A DNA stretch of 64,000 bases, the filler included, from Sphacelaria rigidula (lineage: Eukaryota): assembly GCA_964200075.2 (NCBI GenBank). It is 6 parts of 6 records of this genome, joined end to end, with 100 filler letters (N's around TTAATTAATTAA, not from the genome) between each part and the next. Parts side by side here need not be neighbours in the genome. Positions count along the whole stretch, not along the records: positions 10,694 to 21,286 come from CAXNAA020006226.1; positions 21,387 to 31,978 come from CAXNAA020006227.1; 4 more parts are not named here. The stretch is one strand, 5' to 3'. Shown here piece after piece: positions 10,694 through 25,137 of the stretch; the first letter of the stretch is position 1; each line of letters begins with the position of its first letter. Under the pieces are notes generated by a model that was given only the letters and a program-made list of their open reading frames with translations, was not told where the DNA came from and did no database searches. Made by a program: the position numbers and the translations under genes.

Positions 10694-13283
10694 CATTTCT
10701 CCTCCACACAAAGAGGGTACCCAGGTTTGTCGCTAATGCACCATGGTATACACTACTGTGACGTTTGCCCCCGAAAAAAACACTTGACGTCCCGATCGAT
10801 TGTTTTCCATTTGCCCTAGTCATTCTTCGTACCAAATTTGAAGGACCAACTCCAAAAATTGAGGTGAGGCGGGGTCTGCAAACCACAAATCCGCGTCTTG
10901 ACCAGCCCACCTCGTACCCCGAGTATTTGTTAACGTGGAACTGGGATTCGGCAGTGTACGATGTAATACCCTATGTATGACGTGAAAAGATTTTTTGTCG
11001 GTTCTGTTCCTGCATCGCGAAACTGGCACAACGGGAAGGCCAGGAGGCTAATATTTGACCGGCAGGGTGGGTCGTCAGCACTGTCGTCATATTTCAAGTA
11101 AAGAGGATGCTTATGCGATAGATCAACTACCCTGGCGGTTAACGGGCGGTTAAACGGGTCCTCTTGTGACTTTAAAGCACAAACTGGGCCGGCTGATAGC
11201 TCAGGGGTCCGCTAGAATGACCACGCGCAGCTCAGTTTTTTGAAGTGGGATCCGCAATTTTGACACGTAATTTGTGAGGTATTCGCAGACACATTTTTAC
11301 GCCCCCTGATCTTTTCCTTTGCCATTTTCCCCAGGTTCCTACTCGAAAAGTGAGCTCCGCGTATGGATATATGCACAAGTGTGCACCCAGATCGCTCGGC
11401 GTACACACTCAAAATACAGCAGGGGATACGTTGCATTCACCGATTTTCGCGCCTCGGGGAGTCCGACCAACTCTCGTGACAACCGTCCAGAGTAGAATAA
11501 ATGCAAATTCCGGTTGATTACTGAACAAACACCCGACGGTTTTGAACAAAAATGACTCGCAATCTTTTGAAGTGGCCCTCAATTTTGCCCGATTTGGAAC
11601 GCCCGGTCAAAATTGAGGACCCGTTCGAAAGTAGGGTAGGAACTAAATACTGTAATGGAAAATATCATGTTTTGCTGTGGCGTGTAGAGACCTCGCGAGA
11701 ACGGTTTGGTCTCCGCTCGGATTGCCTGAGCTACTGTACTGTTGTTGTGTCCCGTTCTGTACGAAGCAATCGTGGTCGGCACACAGTTCTTACAGAATCG
11801 GGATGGGAACAAAATGCCGTCTGTAGGAAGCGGGAAAAGCCACGTGATGGCTGCGCAGCCGTTGTGTCCTGTTTGGGTGCTGCTGTCCGCGTACACCAGG
11901 ACGAAAGAACACGTGTAAACAGTAGAGGAATATAGATGATGAAGCCCAAAGGACAGCACAGTAAAGCAGGTGCGTAGAACAGGGAGTACCGCAACACCAC
12001 CGACCATGGATAAAATCAAGAGCGGATAGTAACAGATTGGGGTCATCAGTTTCCGTCTTGGCCCAATTTCTCGCATCCATCCGCACTCAGTCTAAGCTCC
12101 AGGAGCTCAGCAGGTAGACCATCCGCACCCGTCGCTTTGCCGTTCGACATAGCTCTCCGAGCCTTCTATATCTCACTTGGGCTTGGCGGACCTCCCTGTG
12201 GCAGCGCTACCGGTCTTTGCGCAACGTTCCGAAAGAGTTGGTCTTATCCGATCAGGAAGTTTGAAAGCTACTAAGAGCGAATTCCATATTTTCCTCATGG
12301 GAAAATCTCCAGAAGATAACAGCAGAAATCTGATTAAAAACGGCACAAACGGAGACGCGAGTTTCACGATACTACCGTTGCGAATTTCGAGGTTGGATCT
12401 CTGCGTGAATACCTCAACATTCTGATCCAACGACATTGATGTGCTCAGCTCTCGCCCTGGCTCAGTGCAGATTAAAAGATATGACCATCTCACACGAAGG
12501 GGGGTTTTGGCCGGCCCAGCTTGAAGTGGTTCTGGGTCCACTTATGCTAGGTTTATGCACCGTCGCCGTACACGGACTTTGTACACCATTTTCGGTACCT
12601 GGGAGAGGAAAGCCACGGAGTGCTTTACGGATGTAGTCTCGTTTCACCCTCATAAGACCGAAACACATTTACATCTAACCGAGTTTCTCCGGAGACCCGT
12701 AGTGTAGGTCAAGGGCAAGAGTAACCTGATGTTTGGATTACGGTCAATCTGGGTGTTGAAGGTCCGATGGCTATTTGCCACCATGTGCATGAGATCGTAC
12801 CCACCTGTCACATTGCGGCGTGTCATCGGTCAATCAGGACGAGAAGTAACATTGTACAGGAATGCACAGGCGGACAGTTAGTTGCACGTGCACCACCAAG
12901 TGCACCAGGGTGCACATATATCTTCATTGTTGTGCGTGAAAGCAAAGGGCTGAGAAACAGCAATCGTAGGCGAACCCGTTTTCGTGCACCGATCTCCGCG
13001 ATAGTATTGCCGAGTAGAAGCTGAAAACCACCAGCGTCAGTGAACACTGTCGTCCATTGACTGTAGATCGGTGCAGCGTAATTTTACGCTGGGCTCATTC
13101 GTTGGACAGACTGTTGCACATGTACAAGTAATGCGAGAGGTGGTAATATATCATTTGCTCGTATGTGAGTTCTTGAATACCGACGGTGCAGCGTAGAAAA
13201 ATGAGCGCCGATATTCGAACGTTTCCAACGAATGTCAATCTTTTCCCGCTGTAACTGTGTCATTGTGTTGTTGTGCCCCGCAG

Positions 13284-13584
13284 CCGGTGACGACAACGCG
13301 ACCATTCGACTACGCAGCGCCGCCCCCGTTCACACTGTCGGACATTCGAGCGGCGATTCCCGAAAAGTGCTTCAAGAAGAGCACCTGGCGTTCGCTGTCG
13401 TACTTGGCACGAGACTGCGTTGCCGTGGTGGGCCTTGCAGCCGCTGCACTAGCCATCAACAGCCCTTTCGTGTGGCCGGCGTATTGGCTTGCGCAAGGCA
13501 CCATGTTTTGGGCATTGTTCGTGGTGGGTCACGATTGCGGTCACGGCTCGTTCAGCAACAGTAAGCGGCTCAACAGCGTGATCG
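13284..13584 (+). CDS. Omega-3 desaturase, first visible exon (His box 1)
   Basis: ccccgcag|CCG...ATCG|gtgagt; encodes [20 protein letters not shown]...[10 protein letters not shown]. Confidence 0.93.
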
Positions 13585-16500
13585 GTGAGTTGAAACTACA
13601 ATATACGCCCACCTAGCCTTGCAGCAGTCTAAAGAGGTGCGCCGTATGCTACTCCCAACATGTGATTGTCCTTTTCTCAGTTGTACAGTCGTGGGAGGAC
13701 GTGTTCACCTCAACACCGCACTTAACAGCGCTACCGTCAACCCGCAACCTCGTTTTTTCGTCCACGCGCCCTGACGATCAAATACAAAATGCAATTTTTT
13801 CGTCTCTGCGACTCCCGCGCCTGACAGGTCACCTGGTCCATTCATTCATCATGGTGCCGTACCACGGGTGGAGGATATCTCACCGGACGCACCACGCAAA
13901 CCACGGCCACATTCAGAACGATGAGAGCTGGTGGGGAATGAGTTTGCTCTCGAGAACTTTACTACAGATATTCTGCGCACGCTTGAGTGCTGCGCAGAGA
14001 ACAGCGTTTGTTGAACTCGTTGTCTGTCTTGAAAACTGTTGATCGTACTTGGCCTTATACTATATTCTCTTCCCTTTTGTCTTGTTGTCCCGCCTAGGAC
14101 TCCACCCACGCGATCAATGGTGAAGAAAATGGACTTCGGAGCACGTGTTGGACGGTTCAATAAGTGGATGATGCTCTTCGTTTACCCCTTCTACCTTTTC
14201 CTTGTGAGCTATTGTATTGTAGTATGTTATGGTTGTTTCAATAAGAAGTGACCTATCAATTTTTTTGGAGTGTTTTGGAGTGGACGTCCCAAGTTTCCAT
14301 AACGTCCTCAAGCCGAGGGGAAATATATGCATAAGTTGAAAGTACACGTGCATGTGCGATGACCCGCCCAGCCGCGAGGACACGAAGCGCCAACACTAAT
14401 CAGTGACTGTTCCAAGCTCATCATCACCAGAAATAACATGATTTGGAGAATGTTTGATGGAGAAACCAATCAGGGCTTCTTACGGTAAGACAAGACGGAA
14501 TGGAACGGGAAATGAAACCTTCAAACGAATCGGAAGGCCACGGGTACTTTGCCTGTTGCGCAAGAAGATACTAGGATTGGGCACTTTGGAACATGTCCAA
14601 ACTGGATGTGACGGGATGACCTGTCCCGTCTCGTCTGACAGGAAATGCGAACTCCGTCGCGTAGAAAAATCCCGTCCGTTCTTCACAGAAAAAAATGCGT
14701 ACCAACATCCCGTAACATACTCGTCGACACCAGGAAAGGAGGAAATGTCACGGCACCGATTCTTCGGCGTACGGAAGAAGTAACCAACAACAGCAGTTCA
14801 ACACACAACAGGCGTCCTGGAAGTTTCGGTCGATTGAAAGAAGCCAACACTACACCGTCATCTCCAGTAACCTTGGCTGAGCTTCTTAATTGTACCCGAC
14901 GTCTCTGGCAATCGGCGTGTGCTCTGATATGATCGTGACGGTTCTTGTCAGCATTGTACATCAAATTGTACAAGAACGCTGCGAAAGCGCAAAACTTGAA
15001 ACTCTGTTCAATAGTTGTGTGGAAGTGTCCCACGCCTGGGACAAATCGACGTTGCACCAGAGATGCACAGTTTCCCGTTCAGATTTTGACGGAAATAACC
15101 TATTCCGTCCACAGAAGATACCGTGAGGACGAGTCTGGAAAAGGCCAGGGACGTTCCGTGGAAGCAGGACGGGAACAGCGAAAACCAATGGGTCTGGGCG
15201 GGACGGGTACTCCTGCTACGCCTGAGACAACCATGGGACGGGACGGAGAATATGGTATTTTGTTGCGACGGGATGAAATCGCCCTTCCCGTGTTGATGAG
15301 TATCTCTGAGGTTCCTTTCCTGTGAGCAGCTCTGAAGGCAGAACCAGAGCCGCCGAACAAAGCATGCGCAGGCAGGAAAACACTGACTTTATGGTTACTT
15401 GGTCTCCTCGTCGTTGTTGTGTCCCTGTGGGCAGCGATCACCAGGGAAGAAAGGATCGCACTTCAACCCGTCGTCTCCTCTCTTCGTGCCTAGGGAGAAA
15501 AAGGATGTCTTGACGTCGACGGCATGCTACGCTGCCATGGCGGCCGTGCTCCTCGGTGAGTCGCTCAATATATGTCTTTTGTAGGCCAACTTGTGAATCA
15601 AACATATTTCTACTTGGAGTGTGAATGCCGTTCAGTGGTTCAGTGGTTGAATTGACATCGCCATATGGGTGTTGCATTACCCCTTTTGGGACCGGACCCC
15701 CACTAACACAGGATCAACCCTGTGCTGGTGGAATAAAATAATAAAAGCCTTCGAGCGACCTGCCCAATCACGGCGAGGCGAAATTTATCGACCAGACCCG
15801 AACGACCAGCGCGGGGATTGTTGTCGAGTGTGCTGCCACTGCAAAGATCGTGTGGGGGCTCGATCCCTGGCCCAGATAAGCCTCCCCAGGTTTCCAAGTG
15901 CAGGGTGGTCACAGCTTGGTTTTATGGTATTACTTGCACTCAGTACAGCGTTCCCGAGGTTTTCCGGATATTTTTTGGGTCACAACTCTATACTAAAACG
16001 TAGTAATTTACACTAACACAGGGTGGACCGGAAAAACCGGGAAGGAGTGTACATGCTACCATGTGGTCATTTCCACGAGGCACTAAACCCAGGTGGGCCG
16101 GGGAAAGACGAAATGAGCTACCGTCATGAATTCTGATTATCCCTCTGCCGATGACTTGCAGTGTGCAGTTAACATGTATGTAGTGGGCGGGGCTGAAGAT
16201 TGCCCAGAACGTGCAAGGGAGGCGTACTGCAGTGTGGTACTGTACTATGCTGACGGTATGCGCGCCGCAACGCCGATACCCCTCGAAGAGAATTTGCCGC
16301 GTGCAACAAAGAGGGAGATCGCGGCCCACCCCGACCACAACGGGCTGTGTGGCAAGATGATGGGGACAAAAGTATCATCCAAAGCCACAAGTGGTGGGCG
16401 GTCGCCGGTCGCCGCATCCTGTTGGAAGCTATCTCTACCGCGACCCATACTGCTTGCTACATCAGATGTACATTACCTAACGCACACCCCGCACCTGGAA

Positions 16501-19500
16501 ACAGATTGAATGAAACTCACGTCCTTCGTCACAACCCTGCGGTTACATGCGCGGATTATCATTAACACGCCACTGCTTCGTTCAGACGCCAGACACGTCA
16601 TTCCTAACCAGCCTCATTGGTCGTTCTGGAGGCCCAGTCCCAAAAGGGTTAGTACGGTGAAAGGGCCAAGATACGCATGGTTCAACGGGTAATATACTAG
16701 TTTTCTGGATGAGCCAACATTTTAAAACGCGCTTGCTCGTGTATCGTCGACTCGTTGTGAGCAGGGGTGGGGATCAAGTTCGGGTTCCTGTTTTTGGCGA
16801 AGATGTATATCATACCTTACTGGATCAACGTCATGTGGCTCGACGTGGTGACCTACCTTCACCACACCGACAAAGAGGTGAGCGGTGATCGAGATTTTGT
16901 CAGCACTCCCGCATGGCGTCAGCTCTCGTCAAACAAACTTTAGTTCTTACAACTACTTGTTGTTTTCTCACGTGCTCACGCTTTCGACGGTGGAAATTAA
17001 ATGCTTGGAAAGACCTGACGCATAGGGGAGCAAATCCACGTTTTTTGCACCCTTACGGTGACAGTCGAGCCATTAGACTACCAGGGCGTGTATTGTATTG
17101 TGCGGTGGTATGTTGAATGGTGCAAATCTCCGAGCGGGTACGAGTGAAGCAGACAAGGACTGCGATGTCACTGTGCAGCGCGTTCAGGATTTGTATGTCG
17201 TTGAAAGCATGTCCCGTCTTTGCTGTCTACGTCTTTCACACCCGTCTGCAGGTGCCGTGGTTCCGTGGAGACGCGTGGTCTTACTTGCGCGGTGGTCTCG
17301 CGACACGTGATCATGACTACGGGATATTCAACAATATCCACCACAACATCGGCACGCACGTTGTACATCACCTGTTCCCCACGGTAATCTCTGAATATGT
17401 CTGGCATTTCTCGTGCACTTGGTATGGGCTTTCTGTCCGATCTTGTATGGATCTCGCACGGCGAGTCTTGTATCGCTGCTGTATCCATTTAGTGAGACGT
17501 ACGTGCCGGTTCACGCTCATTGCCCATAATTCACCCATCAGCAACTGCCTTCCGCATCTCCCACCCACGTCCCATGCAGAGTATCATTCTGACTGCTTTG
17601 CGTAACTGAAGTGGGTGGCATACCCTGATGTTTGTTCAAGGTCGTATAGGTGATGCTCGGAGCGAAAAGGTACCTCGACCAATCAGCGGCCTCCATTTAC
17701 TCTGAAATTCAAAGCATAAAGCTCAAAAATGGTTTGTTTAACCATTAACCATTTAAATGGTACACAATGGTTCGGTCATCGAGCGACGCAGCCGCGAGTC
17801 GAAAAGTCCCCACCAGCAGAGGGGGTCCCGCTGGAGGCGCCGTGCCGCATGCAAACTTCTACGCGATTTGGTCCACTAGAGCTATGAAATACGTCAAATT
17901 TGGGGCAATTTTCAAGGGCAAAAACATAGCGCACTTCGCTCGGAATTTCGACAAAAAAAGTAGCCCATTTTAAATTTTAATCGAAAAGAAAAGGACCATC
18001 TTCTCTGTTGTGTTAAATTTTTTATCGAAAAAATAAAACTGAAGTACGAGCCGTTGATGGTGAAGACTAGCCGCGAGCTTGAGGAAAATAAGGACTGTGA
18101 CGATAAATAATGGTTTGAAAGCATTATGCAGTGTTTTAATATAACCGTTTCCCATTGTCACCATTATACTGGTGATGGCCGGTTCTGACTGGTACCATTT
18201 CCGAGCTCCATCGAAGCACGAATTCCTAACCCAATCTTGAGCCAATCTACACACATGCTTCAAGTCGCAGTAACCAGCATCAGCTCGGGAATCTAACAAA
18301 AAACAAACAGTTGGAAAACGGTTACTGTTGGATCGAATTATACCCTAAATCGTGAAATTTTCGTGACTTGGAGATTTGGCGTCGTCGGACTTCCTTCGAT
18401 GATCTGAGCAAAAGACTCAGACGGCCTCCCGACCGTTTTCCTTATATTTGTCGTAAAACAGCTTGGGTCGCTTGCAAACATGGCAGTTCGGTAGGTAGTG
18501 GTACTCTGAATGGAAAAATGTATCGACAAAGAATACTTGAAACTTCCGCTCCTTATCGGCTTCCCGGGGTCTTGACGCCTGGACCCCCGGAAGCCTGTAC
18601 AGGGTGCCTGACTGCAAAAAACATTTCCACACTGAAATCAAGTAGTTGGGAGTTTGTAGGTTCAAGGTCACTTCATTACACTAAAGCGCGAATGTTCACG
18701 CTGATTCTCGGAGTCGAGGCTCTGAAAATTGCCCATAAGTACTGCGGAGCAAGAAAAAACTTTCGATGGATGGAGTCTTCGTTTTTTTTTTTGTCATTTC
18801 GTTATAATAGTTTTTGGGGGTCCTAGAAGGATGTTTGGTTTTTTAAAATCCCCCAAATCCCATGGACCTGCGATTACTGGCGGGATAAAAGTCGAAAGAC
18901 CACGTCCATGTAAAATTTCGTAATGTTTCATAGGACATGTGTGCAAATCTTCAGAGTCTAACCTCAAGCGTAGTCATTGCGGGGGACCTGAAACGGACAG
19001 GTGCTTCCCTCTCGTATCACATGAGTGATTTGCGGGTAATGAGCGTGAACCAACTCCTGAAGTGAAGGACATGACCATGCAAACTTCACGATCGTTGCCA
19101 TTCTCGTCGAGCAGATGCCCCACTACCACATTGTGGAAGCAACCAAGGCGGTGAAGCCGGTGTTGGGAGAGTACTTCAAGGAGCCGGAAAAATCAGGACC
19201 TATCCCGTTCCATCTCATGAAGCAGTTTTTCAAGGGAGCAGAGGTAAGCAATGAAGGGAAGACGTCAAGGTGTGAGGCTGTTGTCGGTACCCCCACGTGT
19301 TAACCGTTTTCCTGAGAGCGTTACTCCCAAAACCGTGGCACGTTTTCCCTTGAAGTTCAAAGTCACATATTGTCCTCGATCTGTTCGCACGACTGCGCTT
19401 CCGTCAGGGACGTGGTGTGATGCTTGCAAGAGGGGCACATCGTGTATGTCGTACAGACCGCTTGAGCTTTGATCGCATTCGGCTCGCATCTATCTCCCGC

Positions 19501-20270
19501 GGCCTTTTGTACCGTGGAGATCGTGCAAGTTGGTGTACAGTTGGTACACGTCATATCACGTCCGTGTCCAGCATCGGGGAGTAGCACATTTCCGAGTGGT
19601 GTTAGGGTAGGGGTGAACAAATATTATCGGAGGTTCGAATTGATCGGAGCCCTATGTCTCATCCAAAAAGCGACTCGTGACGTTTGAACGCAGGCCACGA
19701 TCAGCATTCCGATGGGTTCAAGATAACTCGGATAAAATATCAAACGGCTATGTCCTGACCCATATTATTGTGTAGCTCCCAAGTTTAGGAGCCCCTAAGT
19801 GAGAAAGATTTGGGTCCAACTGTGAGACCCCTACCGTAGCATGAAAGGCACCTCCGTCATAACACCCCTGGGTACCCAAGTTTCGGCTGTTATTGGCACC
19901 ATGTTGGTATCTGCAGTTTCAATAAAGGGGGAAAAGTAAAGGGAAAATTTGAGATACAGGGGAAAAAATATTGACCCCTGGACGATAAGTTTTCGAATCA
20001 TTTTCACCGTAGCCCTCATTATGGTGTCATACCCTAGCCACCCCTGAGTACGACCCTGAGATCGTCACTTGAGGGTCGCATACACGACCGTGTTGGACTG
20101 TGTAGCAGCCGCCTCCGCAATAATCCGCGTCACATGCTGTGAGGGGTACACCACTGACAAAGTTTCCTTGCACGCTTTCGTCGTTTCCATACGTTTCGCA
20201 GGAGTGCCTCTTCGTGGAAGACGAGGGTGACGTTGTATACTACAAAAACGACCCCTCGATCTTCCAGTGA
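13284..20270 (+). CDS. Omega-3 (delta-15/delta-17-type) fatty acid desaturase, FAD3/FAD7/DesB-like; spliced and 5'-incomplete. Exons 13284-13584, 13828-13930, 14098-14203, 15435-15555, 16765-16877, 17252-17383, 19115-19243, 20202-20270
   Basis: Joining the GT-AG exons keeps one open frame with all three histidine boxes (GHDCGH, HRTHH, HVVHH). It also has omega-3 desaturase segments ([56 protein letters not shown]) and ends [15 protein letters not shown]. No ATG exon was located. Confidence 0.95.
13828..13930 (+). CDS. Omega-3 desaturase exon (His box 2)
   Basis: ctgacag|GTCAC...AGCTG|gtgggg; encodes [31 protein letters not shown]. Confidence 0.92.
14098..14203 (+). CDS. Omega-3 desaturase exon
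   Basis: cgcctag|G...CTT|gtgagc; encodes [35 protein letters not shown]; phases match the neighbouring exons. Confidence 0.88.
15435..15555 (+). CDS. Omega-3 desaturase exon
   Basis: gggcag|CGA...CTCG|gtgagt; encodes [17 protein letters not shown]. Confidence 0.92.
16765..16877 (+). CDS. Omega-3 desaturase exon
   Basis: gagcag|GG...GAG|gtgagc; encodes [26 protein letters not shown]. Confidence 0.92.
17252..17383 (+). CDS. Omega-3 desaturase exon (His box 3)
   Basis: ctgcag|GTG...ACG|gtaatc; encodes [44 protein letters not shown]. Confidence 0.94.
19115..19243 (+). CDS. Omega-3 desaturase exon
   Basis: gagcag|ATG...GAG|gtaagc; encodes [34 protein letters not shown]. Confidence 0.93.
20202..20270 (+). 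CDS. Omega-3 desaturase terminal exon
   Basis: ttcgcag|GAG...TGA; encodes [22 protein letters not shown]. Confidence 0.9.
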   Translation, partial: ECLFVEDEGDVVYYKNDPSIFQ

Positions 20271-23200
20271 GAAGTTAGTAGTACCTGTCTTGGCTTGGTG
20301 GCATTCATGTCATGGAACACATTAGCAAATAGCACCCGAGTGGAGAACTCCACGCGACGACACGGACCTTTGTGGGCGAAGTTCTTCCGCGCATAGAAAC
20401 TTGAGTGTTGTTAGAGTACACCTCAGATCACGTTTGCATTCTAGGACCTTGCTCCTACCGTGGAAGTTTTGTCAATTAGTGTGCACTACAATGCAATAGT
20501 TTTAGCTTTGACTTGGAAAAACGGGAAATTTTGGTCCGTTTTTTTGTTTGGAGTTCTAGCGTCGTACGAGTTATACCTTTGGATGCTGGATGAGTCATGA
20601 CGAACGTTTTCAATTAGTCCAAACCCTACAGGGCAGTTATTTTGCGTTATGAGGTAAAGTTTGATCAGGTGAAGAAGGCTAGTGTTTTTGTGCATTTGCA
20701 GTTTCGGTCAGCTCATCACACACGTGTAAGGTAACTAATGAGCGCGTGACAATCGAGCTGATTTTCATCGCATGTTTCACGCCAGCCATTTTGCAGGCTT
20801 GTCTTCATCGGACTTCTAGCGTTTTTGTCCACTAGCTTCCTTCTCTGCTACGACGCGTTCGTTTGCCAACTGCACCCACGCGCATCGAGTCGGATATTGA
20901 GAAATATGGGATACACATTTTTTTTTTGAGTTGTCGAAGTGACGGCAAGATGAAGCAGTGAACCAAGATAAACACGCTCACCCCCAACCGCCATTAGAAA
21001 TGGCATGCGTGATTCTTCAAGGCAAGCAATCTGAGGAAGCCCCATGAGAATATCGGCCTGTATCGGTGGGTTACAATACCGGCATTTTCCCCTCGTCTAT
21101 GCACTGGCGACAGATTTCCATGTGAGAGATCCATTGAATAATATCTCCATCCAGTGGAGCACCGCACCACTAGTCATGTCCTGGCGGTCAGAGTGTATTG
21201 AAATTTCGAGGAATTAGCCGTTGGCATGAAATACGAAGGGTAATGGCCTAGAAAAGGTATACCTTCTCGTTTTTGGCCCGAGAAAGNNNNNNNNNNNNNN
21301 NNNNNNNNNNNNNNNNNNNNNNNNNNNNNNTTAATTAATTAANNNNNNNNNNNNNNNNNNNNNNNNNNNNNNNNNNNNNNNNNNNNCACAGCTTGTACAC
21401 AAACCTGGCACAAGCCGGGAAAAGCCGTTCATGCACCTGCTGCACAGTGCAGTACCTACTATCGTCATTATCCATCTGATCAGGGGGGTAACTACCCATC
21501 CAAGATGGGGTACCCCTCCCCACCCGTCGCCCAGAATGAGGTTTTCGGGAATTGGGGGCGGTGAATAAAGTATTCCAGTCTGTAGGGCCCCTTGGACTGC
21601 GTCGCTATTCGATTGGCGTTGAACTGCCGATGACGTTATTGTACTGCATAGAGTACGGGGTGCGCCTCATATCATTGGGCTATAGCGTGTCGGAGTTTTT
21701 TTTTTTAATGCGGTGGGTTCACGTCAGCGATCCCCCCGCACTGGGTATTAGTGGGGTGCAGCAGCGTCACGCAAAACGTTGCACGCATAGCCCAATTCGA
21801 CGGCCCTTGAGCTGAAATTTCACGAAGACCTTTGGTATCCGAGGAAATGATGAACTCCCGTGAACAGCTGCAGAATCTCATGTTTTCCCTGGACTCATGA
21901 CATTATCTAGTTTTTGCCGAGATTTCAAACCCCCATAACTCCATTTTCTTTCCTCTGCTGCTCACGTGATATTCTGCATGTCGATCATGAAAAGCTGCTG
22001 CCAAAGTTTTAGCGTCCAACTCCTAATATCGCGCCGTGCGTCGCCTGAGCGAGAAAACCACCCATTGTTGGCTGGCCTAGCCCGTAGCGTCGATAGTTTT
22101 TGCAAAATAACCAAATAGATCGTGCTCAAATCATAATGCCCAAGTTGGTGTTTTGGGGGCGATACGGAGTGAGGACCCGTTCATCAGGAGGGTGTTATTG
22201 ACCGTGAAATATCCAAGAAACATAATTTCCCTGGTTTAGCGCAGTGAATAAGTGGAATTAAAAAAAAGTCCTCTTGTATGTATTCACATGTTTGATCGGG
22301 ATCGAGTCGGTCCATCGGAAATACCGAAAAGCTAGAAGCTGGGGTTGCACTTTCGCAGAGCCCAAAGATCGTTCAAGCCCGTAGGTCGCTCAATATGGAT
22401 CGCATGATTACTTTCTTTCAATATTCGTCAAGAGGGTTAGAATATCTCCAGATTCCCATTTTTTGGCATCCAACAGTCACTGTGATGAGCGGTGGCAAGC
22501 GAGAGAAGTCTGGAAAATCTCCCAAGTGACCGAGAAATTACGAACTCGGCAGATTTCTAATGCTGACTACTGTGCCCGGGAGCAGCGCCGGAGAGTCCTG
22601 CAAGAAAGTAAAAGCGTGTTTTGTGCGGTAGCATGCACACTGTTGCCCAGGATTTCATTTCGGGACTGAAGGAGCCAGTCAGGGGACAGAGTGGTATACA
22701 ACTGAGTAAAGTTTGTAGCATCACGTCGAAATGATGGGGTGCTCCACGCACGTGTCTGAAATTTCGAAATTTCTCAGCAAGGGGTAGCATATCTCTCACT
22801 TCGGGTCACGGTTCCCGCCTCATTTTGTGGTGTTAGTCAGGGGTGCCCGGGAAAAAAATGCCGCACACATAAGTACCCCCCAGCTACCCCCTCGGAGGGC
22901 CGTTTTTTTTTGTAGTTCATATTTCCTTCTTTCTGCCTTTCCGTCTCAGTTCGTGCGTACAATCTATGCGTATTACCCCTCGAGCACCGTGCCAAATACC
23001 TACTTGGTGGAAACACCTGCGTTCTTCGGTGGATTTGCTTGGCTTTTTTCGATGGCGGTGGGTGGAGACGACCCCTAACCAACACCATCCCCTGCGGCGG
23101 TAACTTTCGACAAAGGTTACAAAAACAATCACAGCTTACATTGAAAAGCCTGTGCAAATAGGTACTAACAGAAGGGACTCGTGGTGAGCCTACAACGTTG

Positions 23201-25137
23201 ATAGTGTGTACAGTGTTCCGAACCACTCACTATGAGATCGGTTTTCGAAACGAGATGACTTTAGTATGGGATACAGCGGACTCTTGTTCGTGGGTAATAT
23301 CCTCAACATGGCTGGTTCCTTCACCGATGAGTGCCAGGATGATCCACTACCACTACGTACCATCCTACTTTTGCCGTTCATTTCCGTTATGGCTAGATAC
23401 CGTGATAAACGCCAGCAACCTAAAAAAGACATGCTACCGAAGTGAGCCTCAGTTTATTTTTACTTTTTAATATGTACTTACTATTTTTACTTTCCACCCC
23501 CTTTACCCCCATCTTGTTCCATTCTTTCCTTCTCTTCCTACATTTGTATTCATTATTTAATCATTCGATTTGATTTTATTTATTATTTCTTCCTCTGCTT
23601 TACTCATTCTCTAATCGTCTTCTTATTCACTTTACTTTATTTTCCTTGTTGAGTTATCTTTTTTCTTCCATTTCAATATTTTCATTTCACTTTTTTTTTC
23701 ATTCATTTTTATTATCTATTTTGTGTGCATCTGCGTATCAGGGGCGGTACCTGGATCGTATGGTACCCCCCACACACATCAGGGGGGACGGGAGTACCCC
23801 ACTTTTGACGCTGCCTCATTTTGTACAGGATTTCGACTGGGATCAGTTTTACAGGAGTTTGTATGGCGTTTTTGGGAGGGGGGGGGGGGGGGGGGCGATG
23901 GTGGTCTAGTACGCTACCCCCTCCCCCGGAGAGGTCCAAAATAATAAATGGGTACGTCAAGGTGTTCGACACTTTTTTTGTGCATCCGTGTTGACCCTTA
24001 GACTTCGAGCGACGCCTCGGAACAGTTTCATCGGCTGGTAGTCCGAGGACACACGGGGGTTTCCAGGGGAGGGGAGGGACCGCTTTTTTTTACAGCAGGT
24101 GAAGGACTGTTTACAAAATCGCCGAAAAGCTCGCCAAGTCAACCATGTGTGTTGGGAGGTTTTCCACGAAACATTTCAAGCCAGGAACGAGGCCCGAGAG
24201 GAGCGGAGTGGCCATTTTGAGAGCTGTGTTTGGTCAGAATGGTCGCTTGCTCCCCTTTAGCTGGACAACAGATGGGCTACTTCGCTGGCCAGTCGTACTC
24301 CTCATTTTGGTCATGACAAATCAAGCATCGCTAAAATGAGCACAGACAAGAAGCTTTTTACTCTGCTCGTGGTCTTTGCCGGCGGCCTAACCCGTCTTGT
24401 GTTGCCAGCACAGCTTCACACTGTTGTGTTGTGGAACACTAGGCAGAAATAAAAGTAGCGTGTAGTAGACTATGTTTAGCGGAGAGCGATGACACGCTGA
24501 CTATTTCTTGCCGTCGTATCCGGCGAAGGCATACAGCACACATACAGACTCTGCACGCCCTTGACTGCAGGGAAATAACCGGTCAGGGATTCTCCGGGAC
24601 AAATTTTTATATAGATGCCCACCGTCCACATGTTCATGAAAAAAGGCGCTTTGTTTAGCTAAAAAGCAACGTTCTGAACCCCGAATGTCGCATGATCCAT
24701 CTCAGTCTCGGCGGGTGAATCAGTGTTCAATCTGGTCACCCAGGACAAGGGGTGGGAGCTACCCGCTTAGGCGCATCTGGCACCAACGTCCTGGTACTTT
24801 GTTGGGGATGGTGGCTGGTCTTACTTGCCCTAGGACATAGATTGAGTGATAGTGCACAAATGCAGGCTGTTACTGAAGGTTCTTCCGTCTTGTCACTTGT
24901 ACAAACTAGGATACTGCAGGCTAGAGGTAATTTATCCTTTCAAAAGTAACAAGGGTCATGCATGAGTATAGCATGTATCTTTGCATCATTTCCACGGAGG
25001 TTCATCCATGAACCCTCCGCTGTGTGTTGATTCAGGCAACTAGCCAGAGTTGACGAAGCTGGGTGTGTGTCCGGACGACATCAAGAGCGCGCGCTTCGCA
25101 TATTTGTTTTACTGATCTCTACTTTGTTGCCGCTGCG

